Positions 27,556 through 37,217 of a DNA stretch of 64,000 nt are shown in pieces (position 1 is the stretch's first letter; the number at the start of each line of letters is the position of its first letter). The stretch lies in the NCBI GenBank assembly GCA_964573935.1, contig CAZNLO010000001.1:13571-77570 (forward strand). Direction: 5' to 3'. Made by a program: the position numbers and the translations under genes. The notes beneath the pieces are model-generated. The model was not told the origin of the DNA, did not search any database, and saw nothing but the letters and a program-made list of their open reading frames with translations. Source of the stretch: an uncultured Parvibaculum sp. (GTDB lineage Bacteria; Pseudomonadota; Alphaproteobacteria; Parvibaculales; Parvibaculaceae).

Positions 27556-28819
27556 TAAGGTTGGGGCAAGGGCGCGTGGCGTTACTGCGGGCCTCGGGAT
27601 ATTTCTGTTCATCCTTCCCGCTGTGGCCGTTGCCGACGATGCTGGCGTGAACGCGGGGGCGGACGAGGCTGTCGGCACCCGCTATCACATTACGGTTGAT
27701 GATCTGCCAGCCCCCTATGCAACACCTTCCGCCAGCAACCGCGCGGTTGTGATCTCCCGGCCACCAGGTGCCCGCCTGCGTGTGCCTGAGGGGTTTGAGG
27801 TGACCCTATTTGCGGAGGGGTTGCAACACCCCCGGGCGATGGTGGTTGCGGATGATGGGACAGTTTTTGTTGCGGAGCCAAATGCCGGACAGATCACACG
27901 CCTTGAGGATGTGGATGGCGATGGGCTGGCTGAGAGCATCACCGCATTTGCGCATGGCTTTCGGTTGCCGTCTGGCCTGGCCTTCAATGAAGGGGGACTT
28001 TACGTTGCTGATGAACGGGCGGTTTGGTGGCTTGGCGCCATACGGGGGCAGCAGACGGCAGAGGCGCGACGGCCCGTTACGCGCCCGGGGGCGCTGGGGA
28101 ATGCTGGTGGTCATTGGACGCGGATGCTCCGTTTTTCCCCTGATGGGCAGAGTTTCTATGTCTCGATAGGCAGCGAGAAAAATCTAGATGAAGAGGTGTT
28201 GCCGCGGGCCAGCATTCAACGATTTGAGCTGGCGACCGGGGAGCAACAGCTTGTCGCGTCGGGTCTGCGCAATCCGGTGGGTCTTGCGTTTCACCCTGAC
28301 AGTGGGCGGCTCTTTAGCGTTGTGAGCGAACGTGACGGCATGGGTGAAGAGCTTGTTCCCGACTATCTGACGGAAATAGTTACCGGCGGATTTTACGGGT
28401 GGCCTTATGCCTACCTGGGACCAAATAAAGACCCGGGATTTGGTGACCTTCGGCCCGACCTTGTTGAGGAAACGCGTGTGCCTGATGTGTTGTTTGCTGC
28501 GCATTCCGGCGTGCTTGGTCTGGTTTTTTATGACGGGGAGCAGTTTCCTGAAGACTATTCAGGTGATGCCTTTGTGGCACTGCACGGTTCGTGGAATGCG
28601 GCAACACCCACCGGATACAAAGTCGTTCGGGTCCCGTTTTCCAATGGTCGCCCGCTGGGTACGTATGAGACTTTTGTTGTGGGCTTCTGGACGGAGGGAG
28701 AAACCCCGGCGAGGGTCTGGGGGCGCCCGGCGGGTCTTGTGGTGGCGGGGGACGGCAGTCTGCTCATCTCTGATGATGAAGGGGGCACGATATGGCGTGT
28801 CCGCTGGACGGGAAACTAG
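27533..28819 (+). CDS. PQQ-dependent sugar/sorbosone dehydrogenase family protein
   Basis: YATPSA, GHWTR, GLRNPVGL, VPD and HGSWN motifs; start uncertain, ATG 27533 gives a signal peptide. Confidence 0.88.
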   Translation: MVALALCNKVGARARGVTAGLGIFLFILPAVAVADDAGVNAGADEAVGTRYHITVDDLPAPYATPSASNRAVVISRPPGARLRVPEGFEVTLFAEGLQHPRAMVVADDGTVFVAEPNAGQITRLEDVDGDGLAESITAFAHGFRLPSGLAFNEGGLYVADERAVWWLGAIRGQQTAEARRPVTRPGALGNAGGHWTRMLRFSPDGQSFYVSIGSEKNLDEEVLPRASIQRFELATGEQQLVASGLRNPVGLAFHPDSGRLFSVVSERDGMGEELVPDYLTEIVTGGFYGWPYAYLGPNKDPGFGDLRPDLVEETRVPDVLFAAHSGVLGLVFYDGEQFPEDYSGDAFVALHGSWNAATPTGYKVVRVPFSNGRPLGTYETFVVGFWTEGETPARVWGRPAGLVVAGDGSLLISDDEGGTIWRVRWTGN

Positions 28820-30183
28820 AACAGGGACTGCACTGCGGCGTGTACGCTTTTGAATGTGAGAGGTTTCATGTTCTCCGGTGCTTCCAGCAATTCATCCAGA
28901 ACATTACCGGTAACGAAAGTGGCTCCGGCGTCCTTCAGGGCTTCGGCAATGATGACGTTTGGGACGCCTACAAAGCAGGTCAGAAGCCTCGCGGCTTTGG
29001 CTGAGGCGATGAATTTCCTGGCGTCGGACACAAGGGATGCCGGATTGAGTTTGGGGGAAATTTGGTAGGAGAGTGTTGTCGCACCCATGGCGGCGCACTC
29101 TGATGTTGGGAAAGACAGGCTTGGGGCCCTGATTATCAGAGCACGAAACGTCCCATTTATTCCGGCAATACGACGGGCGAGGGTGGCAGGTGGTGTGTGC
29201 TTAGGGATTCCAACAATTTCCACCATCAGGAGTTTTCTCAAGGGGTCGGGGATATTTTCCGTAATTTTTGATACTTCCTTTCGGCCGGCGCCCGATGACA
29301 AGGTGTCAAAATGTATTTGAGACAGCAGAAGGGATGTAAAACTATTTTGATAAAGCTCGGCGGCAATCTCGACCTGGGTTTGGAGCATGTGCAGGTCCAA
29401 ATCTTGCCGGTCGACTGCGGACGCTTCGCTTCCCAGTATTTCGTGGCCTCGTGCGGTCGGGGCATGGTCATTTGTATTGAAGGGCGTGATGACGTATCCG
29501 ATCAGGACTTCCTGGCGCACATTCCAGACCGGGCTGTAGCCAATATTGTATGAGGCTGTTCGGTGCGTCTGCGCGGCGCGGATCTGATCCAGAGAAATAT
29601 CGAGTTTCTCTGTAGCAAGATTAGCCTCATTTGGCTGGGAAATTTCTGTCCATGCCGGGCTCTTCTCTTTGTGAGCGCTTTTTGACGCTGCGGGTGATGG
29701 CGTTGTGTTGTCTTGCGGGGCTGGTTCCGACAGTGCTTCGCTTAGAATTTCTCTGTAAAGCTTTCCATCCTTTGGCCTGATGTCCATCAATGTAGAGTGG
29801 GAATTTTCTTTGAGGATGGCACTCACTTTGTCGTTGATGTCGCGGCTTGTTTTTTTTGCTGCTCCTGCATCATCCTTGTCAAAGACGATAAGATAATTTT
29901 CCGGTCCGATAGGAGTTGAAAAATCCCACGGTCCAAGTTCTGAAGAGAGAACCTGTTCGACCGTGGCGTGGACGTTTTTCTTTTCGCCCTCCCATCTGTC
30001 CCCCAGACTCTCTCGTAAGCTTGAAAATTCCAGTATTTGTATCTGACCGGGATTCCTGTTCGGGATTGTTTGAGAGGACTCTCTATCCGATGAACGGCGC
30101 TCCTTATCCGAAGAACGGTGCTCCCTGTCCGAAGAACGGCGCTCTAGCTGAATCGGTACATCTTTGTTACCAATCGTGGTCAT
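28816..30183 (-). CDS. Degenerate GGDEF-like plus EAL-like protein with N-terminal ERRSSD repeats
   Basis: IQILEFSSLRESLGDRW...YLIVF resembles a decayed GGDEF fold; IGYSPVWNVRQEVLIGY resembles the start of an EAL domain; no GGDEF, EAL or DDFG motif. Confidence 0.6.
   Translation of the reverse strand: MTTIGNKDVPIQLERRSSDREHRSSDKERRSSDRESSQTIPNRNPGQIQILEFSSLRESLGDRWEGEKKNVHATVEQVLSSELGPWDFSTPIGPENYLIVFDKDDAGAAKKTSRDINDKVSAILKENSHSTLMDIRPKDGKLYREILSEALSEPAPQDNTTPSPAASKSAHKEKSPAWTEISQPNEANLATEKLDISLDQIRAAQTHRTASYNIGYSPVWNVRQEVLIGYVITPFNTNDHAPTARGHEILGSEASAVDRQDLDLHMLQTQVEIAAELYQNSFTSLLLSQIHFDTLSSGAGRKEVSKITENIPDPLRKLLMVEIVGIPKHTPPATLARRIAGINGTFRALIIRAPSLSFPTSECAAMGATTLSYQISPKLNPASLVSDARKFIASAKAARLLTCFVGVPNVIIAEALKDAGATFVTGNVLDELLEAPENMKPLTFKSVHAAVQSLF
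30086..30148. repeat. Three-copy 21-bp in-frame tandem repeat
   Basis: TCCGATGAACGGCGCTCCTTA / TCCGAAGAACGGTGCTCCCTG / TCCGAAGAACGGCGCTCTAGC. Confidence 0.9.
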
Positions 30184-30559
30184 TCACGTCACTCCCCATC
30201 GCTTCTATGCACCTGCGCGAACGGATTTGCAGGGTCACCCGAAGATCAGGGTGTCCGGGGATGAATAAAATTTGGTTAAGTAAACTCCGCATTCCACATT
30301 GAAAAATCTCTTCAACTTCCGGTTGATGAGCTTATGTGCGTTACCGGGTTCTCCGGCATCGGTGAAATCCTAGCTGTTCCCTACGGAGATGAATATGTTT
30401 TGGGGTGTCAGCCTGCGCGTAGGTAATGAAGATGTATCTGTACCAATAACCTTACAAAAACAAAAATTATACTTTTACGAGCATGAAAAACATCGCGGAT
30501 TTTCCCAAACCCGCTGCTTTTCTGAAATGGGGCATCGGCCTGTGCAATGCAACCGGGTG

Positions 30560-30770
30560 TCAGCCCTTAAAGGCTGCTTCGCGCGCTTTGCGTACCGTTT
30601 CGTTGGTTTGATTGAAGAGAAGCATGCGACGTGCCTCTTCCTCCTCCGGGCTCCGCTCTGCTTTTCCGAGGGTATCGCCGGCTGCCCGGCCTCGTTTCAC
30701 CGCCTCGCGTTCCCCTACTTCGTCGACCCAGCGCTTTACATTCGGGTAGGCATCCCAGTTCTCTTCCGGG
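30560..30770 (-). pseudogene. C-terminal remnant of a glutathione S-transferase (YfcG/YghU-like)
   Basis: EENWDAYPNVKRWVDEVGEREAVKRG matches a GST C-terminal helix; no N-terminal domain or start before the TRAP operon 3' end. Confidence 0.7.
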
Positions 30771-30864
30771 CACGCGTGCCTGTTCGCCAAGCTGCGCGAT
30801 GTTGCTTCTGGTGAGGGATGTCTGCGTGGATTGCGGTGGGGCGCGGTGTTATTACTTGTACTGA

Positions 30865-30893
30865 GGCCTGGACGGGTTCTTCCAATCCAGGCC
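30865..30893 (-). terminator. Hairpin at the 3' end of the TRAP operon
   Basis: GGCCTGGA/TCCAGGCC 8-bp stem; no clear U-tract. Confidence 0.45.
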
Positions 30894-30911
30894 CCATGTC
30901 GTTTGAGTATC

Positions 30912-31946
30912 TTAGCCGTAACGGTAAGGCCTTCCGGCTTTTTCCATTGATGCATTGTAGGTCTTCAGTATTTGCACGACCTTGGCTTTGGTTTCACTCT
31001 CAGCAGCAATTTCATCCCAGAAATCCTGGGCGGCTGCTTCTACCGTCGCCCACTCCTCATCGGGAATGGTGGTGAGCTGCATCTTGGTACCGTTTACCCG
31101 CAGGTCGGCCTCACCCCCCCAGTACCACCATTGGCGATAGTAATGGGAGCTGTCCATGGTCAGCTTGAGCAATACCTTGAGATGTTCGGGTAGCTCGTTG
31201 TAGCGGTCCATGTTGGCGAAGAATGATCCAGCCCAGGCACCTGAGATGTTGTTGGTCAGGAAGTAGTCGGTGACGTCCGCCCAACCGACGGTGTAGTCCT
31301 CTGTGATGCCTGACCAGGCGACGCCGTCGAGTTCGCCGGTCTGTATCGCGACCTCAATATCCTCCCAGGGCAGCGTTACAGGTACGACCCCAAACTGTTC
31401 CAGGAAGCGTCCCGCCGTCGGGAAGGTGAACACGCGCTTGCCGCGCAGGTCAGCCAGCGAACGGATCGGCTCTTTGGTGGCGAAGTGGCACGGGTCCCAT
31501 GCGCCTGCCGACAACCACTTTACGCCGACTTTGGCATATTCTTCATCCCATATTTCTCCCAGTCCGAATTGGTTGAACAGGACGGGCACGTCGAGTGAAT
31601 AGCGGCTGGCGAACGGAAAATACCCGCCAAACACTGTCACTTCGGTGGGTGAGGCCATTGAGTCATCGTCTGACTGAACAGCGTCAATCGTTCCTTTTTG
31701 CATGGCCCGGAAAAGCTCGCCAGTTGGAACGAGCTGGTCTGCGAAAAAAAGCTCGATCTCCATTTCGTCGCGTGCAACTGCGTTGAACTGATCGATTGCC
31801 GGTTTTATGACATGTGCTGCCAGGGCCGGCCCGGCATAAGTCTGCAACCGCCATTTGATCTTTGTGTTGGCATGAACCGCAGGAGCGGCAAGCGTTGCTG
31901 CGCCTGCAATCCCTGCAGTGGTAAGAAATTTACGTCTGGTGGTCAT
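30912..31946 (-). CDS. dctP: TRAP transporter solute-binding protein, Tat-exported
   Basis: TRRKFL Tat signal, WRLQT, DQLVPTGELF and EVAIQTGELDG; GGAG RBS before ATG 31946. Confidence 0.93.
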   Translation of the reverse strand: MTTRRKFLTTAGIAGAATLAAPAVHANTKIKWRLQTYAGPALAAHVIKPAIDQFNAVARDEMEIELFFADQLVPTGELFRAMQKGTIDAVQSDDDSMASPTEVTVFGGYFPFASRYSLDVPVLFNQFGLGEIWDEEYAKVGVKWLSAGAWDPCHFATKEPIRSLADLRGKRVFTFPTAGRFLEQFGVVPVTLPWEDIEVAIQTGELDGVAWSGITEDYTVGWADVTDYFLTNNISGAWAGSFFANMDRYNELPEHLKVLLKLTMDSSHYYRQWWYWGGEADLRVNGTKMQLTTIPDEEWATVEAAAQDFWDEIAAESETKAKVVQILKTYNASMEKAGRPYRYG

Positions 31947-32029
31947 CTTCAACTCCGTTTTGTTGTTGTGATAAGCACTTCACCTCTGTGAGCTAGGCTC
32001 TCGTTTTGTCTAATCCCCCTGTTTTGGTT

Positions 32030-33352
32030 TCACTTGCCGTACACGTAATTTGGTAGCCACAGCGCAATATCAGGAAGCGCCATGACCAATGCGAGTGCCA
32101 CCATCATTATGCCGACAAAGGGAATGATGGAACGATAAATGTCTCTCAGCCCAATTTCAGGGGGAGCCATAGCGCGCATGAGAAAGAGGTTGTATCCAAA
32201 AGGCGGTGTCATATAGGCGATCTGGGTGGTGATTGTGTAAAGCACGCCGTACCAGATCAGATCAAAGCCGAGGAGGGCAACGAGGGGGATGTACAAAGGC
32301 GCGACAATGACCAGCATTGCGGTGTCGTCGAGGAAGGTTCCCATCACCAGGAAGGAAAGCTGCATCAAAATCAGGATTATCCATGGATTGAGGTGAAGCT
32401 GGTCTGTGAACAGATGATCTATGGCTTTGACGGCGCCCAGGCCATCGAAGACGGCCCCAAACCCCATGGCAGCCAGGATAATCCACATGAACATGCAGGT
32501 AATCGCGAGAGTTTGGCGGACCGAGTTTTCAAAGACGATTTTTGTCATGCGGCCTTTGAGGACGGCGGCGAGGAATGCCGCCATGGCGCCGATGGCTGAG
32601 CTTTCAACAAGGCTGGTCCAGCCATTGATGAAGGGAACCATCATGATGGCGAAGATGGAAAGGGGAAGCAGCCCGGCGCGCAAAAGCCGCAGCTTTTCCG
32701 CCAGCGGTACGTCCAGCTCTTCTTTGGACAGCGCAGGGCCCAGTTTTGGATTAAGGCGGCAGCGAACGGCGATATAGATGATGAACATGGCGGCCATCAT
32801 GAGGCCGGGCATGAGACCTGCGAGCCACAATTGCCCAACCGGCTGGCGCGCGATCATTGCATAAAGGACCAGGACCACAGAGGGGGGAACGAGTATCCCA
32901 AGCGAGGACCCCGCCTGCACAACCCCGGTGACCATCCGCTTGTCATACCCCCGGCGCAACAGTTCGGGAAGCGCTATTGTCGCTCCGATTGCCATGCCTG
33001 CAACGGAAAGACCGTTCATGGCGGAAATCAGGACCATTAAGCCGATGGTACCTATTGCCAGCCCGCCATTGATGCGCCCCATCCAGACATGAAACATCTG
33101 GTAGAGGTCATCTGCAATCTTGGATTCTGAGAGTATGTAGCCCATGAAGATGAACATGGGCAGGGTGAGAAGGGGGTACCATTTCATCAGTTTGATGGCG
33201 GAGGTAAAGGCAATGTCGCCACCACCCGTGCCCCACAGAAAAACGGCGGCGACGGAGCCAACGATGCCGATGGCACCAAAGACCCGCTGGCCTGTCATAA
33301 GCATGAGCATCATCGAAGAAAACATAATGATCGCGATGAGCTCGTATGACAT
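32030..33352 (-). CDS. dctM: TRAP transporter large permease
   Basis: LLTLPMFIFMG, GSSLGILVPPS, FLDD and TPPFG motifs. Confidence 0.95.
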   Translation of the reverse strand: MSYELIAIIMFSSMMLMLMTGQRVFGAIGIVGSVAAVFLWGTGGGDIAFTSAIKLMKWYPLLTLPMFIFMGYILSESKIADDLYQMFHVWMGRINGGLAIGTIGLMVLISAMNGLSVAGMAIGATIALPELLRRGYDKRMVTGVVQAGSSLGILVPPSVVLVLYAMIARQPVGQLWLAGLMPGLMMAAMFIIYIAVRCRLNPKLGPALSKEELDVPLAEKLRLLRAGLLPLSIFAIMMVPFINGWTSLVESSAIGAMAAFLAAVLKGRMTKIVFENSVRQTLAITCMFMWIILAAMGFGAVFDGLGAVKAIDHLFTDQLHLNPWIILILMQLSFLVMGTFLDDTAMLVIVAPLYIPLVALLGFDLIWYGVLYTITTQIAYMTPPFGYNLFLMRAMAPPEIGLRDIYRSIIPFVGIMMVALALVMALPDIALWLPNYVYGK

Positions 33353-33858
33353 CAGATCTCGTGCCCCCTGATACGTGCGATGTCTTTCAGGAATTCAGAA
33401 ATGGCTTGCAGGATCATCATGAGAATGCCGATACACATGATTGTTTTTATTGGCCACATGTAGGGGCGCCAGGAGGAATAACTTCGCTCCCCATACTGGA
33501 TGGCGTAGGTGGTGCTCTCAATACCGCCATAGAGAAGCACGCCGAGGTAAAACAGCAGGAAGAAAATAGTGAAGGCATCTATCCAGGCTTTGGTGCGTGG
33601 AGACCACGACCCGTAGAAAAGATCCATCCGGACGTTTGCGCCAAGCTGGATTGAATAAGGCCCCCCTAAGATATAGTAGGCCACCATGACAAATTGGGCC
33701 ATTTCTAGGGTCCATAAGGACGGCAGAAAGAATGTCTTGGATATGGATGACCACATCAGTATGCCGATCATCACGAAAATCAGGTACATCGCTATGCGCC
33801 CAATTTTGTAATTGAACGCATCGACGGTTTTCACATATTTGGCTGCGTACCCGGACAC
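33352..33858 (-). CDS. dctQ: TRAP transporter small permease
   Basis: Four TM segments, WTLEMAQF, NVRMDLFY and WPIK; probable GTG start at 33858; coupled to dctM. Confidence 0.92.
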   Translation of the reverse strand: MSGYAAKYVKTVDAFNYKIGRIAMYLIFVMIGILMWSSISKTFFLPSLWTLEMAQFVMVAYYILGGPYSIQLGANVRMDLFYGSWSPRTKAWIDAFTIFFLLFYLGVLLYGGIESTTYAIQYGERSYSSWRPYMWPIKTIMCIGILMMILQAISEFLKDIARIRGHEI

Positions 33859-33969
33859 CCTTGTTTCCCCATACTTTCGTATGGGTATCATTACCCGAAT
33901 GGAAGCAAACTTCTAGGCGCTTGTGCTAAAATATTGATTGCGTACTTTGGAGGGCCTGTGTGTAGACTT

Positions 33970-34755
33970 TTAGTCTACGCGGAGAACGGCGAGGCGGGTG
34001 CCACGGATGTGCTTTAGCGGTTTCCCCTGGCCCAGTTCGTTGAGAAACTTCCAGACCCCGACGCAGGCTGGTGAGTAATCGTGCCAGAAGATGAGGCCTC
34101 CTTTGGCGGCCATTCGGAGCGCCTTTTCGGTGTCACTTTTCACATATGAATAGGCGTGGCTGCCATCAATGAAAATAAGGTCGCACTGACCTGCCCAGGC
34201 GGTGTCATCAAACTCTTTACTGTCTGCAAACAATTGCTCAATCTTGGATTCTACCGCAGTGCCAGAATAGTGAAACTGAGTGAAGGTAGATTCTTCCCTG
34301 GCAATTTTCGTCCACCGGTCATTGTCCGGGTCGGTGGGGTCAGAAATGTAACTCTCAACCGTATCCGGTGTCAGGGTGATAGTTCCAATACGTGCGTCGT
34401 CCGGGGCATTGCGGGCGAGCAAATAAGTTGTGCGACCGGTGCAGGTGCCAAATTCAAAAATATGCCGTGCGTTCTTTGCCAGGGCGGCCAGAACCCAGAC
34501 TTCCTCGGTCGTTGTAGATGCCTGCGACCCCTGTTCACCGAGGATTATGGCTTCTGCACCGTGGGAGGTGCCGGTTTCCAGTTCGGTAAAAATCGGATCA
34601 ATATCTGCTGGATTGACCTGAGGGAGTGCGGAGCTGTCGAATAAAGGCCGGCCTTTGCGTCGGCGACGCTCCTTCAACCCGTATTTGAGGGCGGCGATGG
34701 CCAGCCCCAGGGAGATAACCAGCAGTCCCAGAAGTACCATTTCAAGATTGGTCAT
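33970..34755 (-). CDS. Class I SAM-dependent methyltransferase (Methyltransf_24-like) with N-terminal TM anchor
   Basis: FEFGTCTG motif I, IFIDGSH and FWHDY. Confidence 0.88.
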   Translation of the reverse strand: MTNLEMVLLGLLVISLGLAIAALKYGLKERRRRKGRPLFDSSALPQVNPADIDPIFTELETGTSHGAEAIILGEQGSQASTTTEEVWVLAALAKNARHIFEFGTCTGRTTYLLARNAPDDARIGTITLTPDTVESYISDPTDPDNDRWTKIAREESTFTQFHYSGTAVESKIEQLFADSKEFDDTAWAGQCDLIFIDGSHAYSYVKSDTEKALRMAAKGGLIFWHDYSPACVGVWKFLNELGQGKPLKHIRGTRLAVLRVD

Positions 34756-34937
34756 AGGGTATTACTCCTTGCTCCGTCAGGCAGTTGTATCGTGCCGCAT
34801 CATATGGGGTAGAAAACAACCGGGAAGCAAGCCCACGCGCGTTTTGTGTCTATTTTCCAGAGGATGCGCCGAAGAGAAAATCGTGTTAAAAAGCGCACCT
34901 GCTTAAATTCTACGAAAACCAACCAGCGGCGGAGCCC

Positions 34938-35234
34938 ATGCAGTCTCTTCTTATCCTGCTTTCCCAAGTCATTAATTTGTATATATGGATTGTTATCGCG
35001 AATGCCATTTTGAGTTGGCTCGTGGCCTTTAACGTGGTGAACACGCAAAACCGTTTCGTCTATGCGGTGGCCGACATGCTCTATAAGGTGACAGAACCTG
35101 CGATGCGCCCCATTCGGCGTATTATGCCCAATCTTGGCGGGATTGACCTTTCACCTGTGGTGTTGATTCTGGGCCTGATTTTTCTTCAAAACCTGGTATT
35201 TGAGATGTTCGGGGCCGTGCGCGGCGGTTTTTAA
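34938..35234 (+). CDS. YggT family membrane protein
   Basis: ILSWL, VTEPAMRPIRR and GGIDLSP motifs. Confidence 0.95.
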   Translation: MQSLLILLSQVINLYIWIVIANAILSWLVAFNVVNTQNRFVYAVADMLYKVTEPAMRPIRRIMPNLGGIDLSPVVLILGLIFLQNLVFEMFGAVRGGF

Positions 35235-35300
35235 CTTTCCCGCCTGTGCTGCTGAAACGAGCGCGCGTTTATTTGGCTTGGGGTGTGACGGGGAGATGAA

Positions 35301-36203
35301 ATGGCGGATGCGACGCGAATTGAGGGGAAGCCTTTTTCCACCCGGTTAAGGAAGACGGTGGGCACCCATGTGGCGCGTTTGAAGCGCGATCATGGGATCA
35401 CGCCCGGTCTTGCTGTGGTTCTGGTGGGAAGCGATCCGGCTAGTGAGGTCTATGTTCGCAACAAGGGCATTGCGACCCGTGAGGCGGGGATGAACTCGTT
35501 TGAGTTTCGGATGTCTGCGCAGGCAACCGAAGAAGAAGTGCTTGCGAAAGTCCGTGAGCTTAACGCCGATGAAACGGTACACGGTGTGCTTGTGCAGTTC
35601 CCTGTCCCGGATCAGATTTCCCAACAACGTGTGATCGATACTATTGACCCTGCTAAGGATGTGGACGGGCTGCATCCGCTGAATGCGGGGCGGCTTTCGT
35701 CGGGTCTGCCGGGGCTGGTTTCATGCACGCCGCTTGGCTGTCTCATCATGGCGCGGGCCTCGGTGGAGGGCACGCTTTCGGGAAAGCACGCCGTCGTGGT
35801 CGGGCGTTCCAATCTGGTGGGCAAACCGGTGGCGCAACTTTTACTGAACGAGAATTGTACGGTTACGATTGCGCATTCGCGTACGCGCAATCTGCCGGAG
35901 ATTGTGGCGCAGGCGGATGTGTTGATTGCGGCGGTGGGACGCCCCAGGATGATCGAGGGCTCATGGATAAAGCCGGGGGCTGTTGTTATCGATGTCGGGA
36001 TCAACCGTGTGCCGGCACCAGAACGGGGCGAGGGGAAAATGCGCCTGGTCGGTGATGTGGATTACGAAGGGGCGCTTTGCCGCGCCTCCGCGATTACACC
36101 TGTGCCCGGCGGGGTTGGCCTTATGACGGTAGCCTGTCTTATTCGCAACACGGTTGTTGCGGCCTCTATGCAAAACGGGCTCGCAGTGCCCGATGATCTT
36201 TAG
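35301..36203 (+). CDS. folD: Methylenetetrahydrofolate dehydrogenase/cyclohydrolase
   Basis: [31 protein letters not shown] and TPVPGGVG motifs. Confidence 0.98.
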   Translation: MADATRIEGKPFSTRLRKTVGTHVARLKRDHGITPGLAVVLVGSDPASEVYVRNKGIATREAGMNSFEFRMSAQATEEEVLAKVRELNADETVHGVLVQFPVPDQISQQRVIDTIDPAKDVDGLHPLNAGRLSSGLPGLVSCTPLGCLIMARASVEGTLSGKHAVVVGRSNLVGKPVAQLLLNENCTVTIAHSRTRNLPEIVAQADVLIAAVGRPRMIEGSWIKPGAVVIDVGINRVPAPERGEGKMRLVGDVDYEGALCRASAITPVPGGVGLMTVACLIRNTVVAASMQNGLAVPDDL

Positions 36204-36214
36204 GAAGCACAGAT

Positions 36215-37210
36215 ATGGAAACACGGATGCTTGGAGGCCTCTGGCCGGTTAGTGTGCTTGCGCTCGGTGGTGGCGGGCTTGGTCAGATTTGGGGAGAGAC
36301 CGATCGCGAAGAGGCGGTGGCGACAGTTCGGGAGGCTGTGGACGCGGGCATTACGCTCTTTGATGCAGCGCCTTCCTATGGGCGGGGCGAGGCGGAGAGG
36401 GTGTTCGGGGAGGCCTTTGAGGGAAGCCCCCCGGGGCAAGCCCGTTTTACCACCAAGTGTCTTCTGGGGTCTCCGCCGGTTGAGGAAGTGTATGAGCGTC
36501 TGGAACGCTCCCTTCTACGATCCCTTGAGACCATGAAAATTGAGCGGGTCGATCTGTTTTTTCTGCACTCTAATATTTGTCCTGACGATTATGTTTACCA
36601 GCGCGACGGTGCCATGCAGCACCGGTTTGTCACGAGCTGGTCTCTATACGAAGACCATGTTGTTCCAGCCTTTGAGAAGCTGAAAGCAAAAGGTCTGATC
36701 GCTGATTGGGGGATTACGGGTACGGGACTTCCCTTGAGTATTATGGATGCGCTGCGTGCGGACACCAGACCGGCGGCGGCTCAGATTGTTACGAACCTCC
36801 TGGACAGCGCAGGCAATATGCGCCGCTATGAAGAACCGCCAGAGCCTCGTAATATTATTCGCACAGCGGTCAACAATGGTGTCGGGGTGCTGGGTATTCG
36901 GGCAGTGCAGGCGGGTGCACTTACGGACGGGCTTGATCGCAGTGCTGACCCTGAAGAACAGTCGGACTTTGAAAAAGCAGCATCGTTTCGCGCACTAGCC
37001 GCAGAGCTTGGGCAGGACCCGGCGGTTTTGGCGCATCGGTATGCGTTGGCTATTGAAGGCGTGGAAACGGTGATCCTTGGGGTGAAGAACCGGAAGGAGC
37101 TGCGGGCTCTCGTTGCCGGCGTGAATGAGGGAGCGCTTGAAGGCGAGACCATCAAAAAAATTGACGCGCTCAGATTGAGTTTTCTAATGCCGCGTATGCC
37201 AATTGATTGA
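36215..37210 (+). CDS. Aldo/keto reductase
   Basis: FDAAPSYG (D, Y), TTKC (K) and FFLH (H) catalytic tetrad. Confidence 0.9.
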   Translation: METRMLGGLWPVSVLALGGGGLGQIWGETDREEAVATVREAVDAGITLFDAAPSYGRGEAERVFGEAFEGSPPGQARFTTKCLLGSPPVEEVYERLERSLLRSLETMKIERVDLFFLHSNICPDDYVYQRDGAMQHRFVTSWSLYEDHVVPAFEKLKAKGLIADWGITGTGLPLSIMDALRADTRPAAAQIVTNLLDSAGNMRRYEEPPEPRNIIRTAVNNGVGVLGIRAVQAGALTDGLDRSADPEEQSDFEKAASFRALAAELGQDPAVLAHRYALAIEGVETVILGVKNRKELRALVAGVNEGALEGETIKKIDALRLSFLMPRMPID

Positions 37211-37217
37211 GAGGATT

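Noticed and set aside
35235-35300. Absence of DUF167/yggU between yggT and folD
   Set aside because: No remnant visible and presence varies among lineages; not informative.
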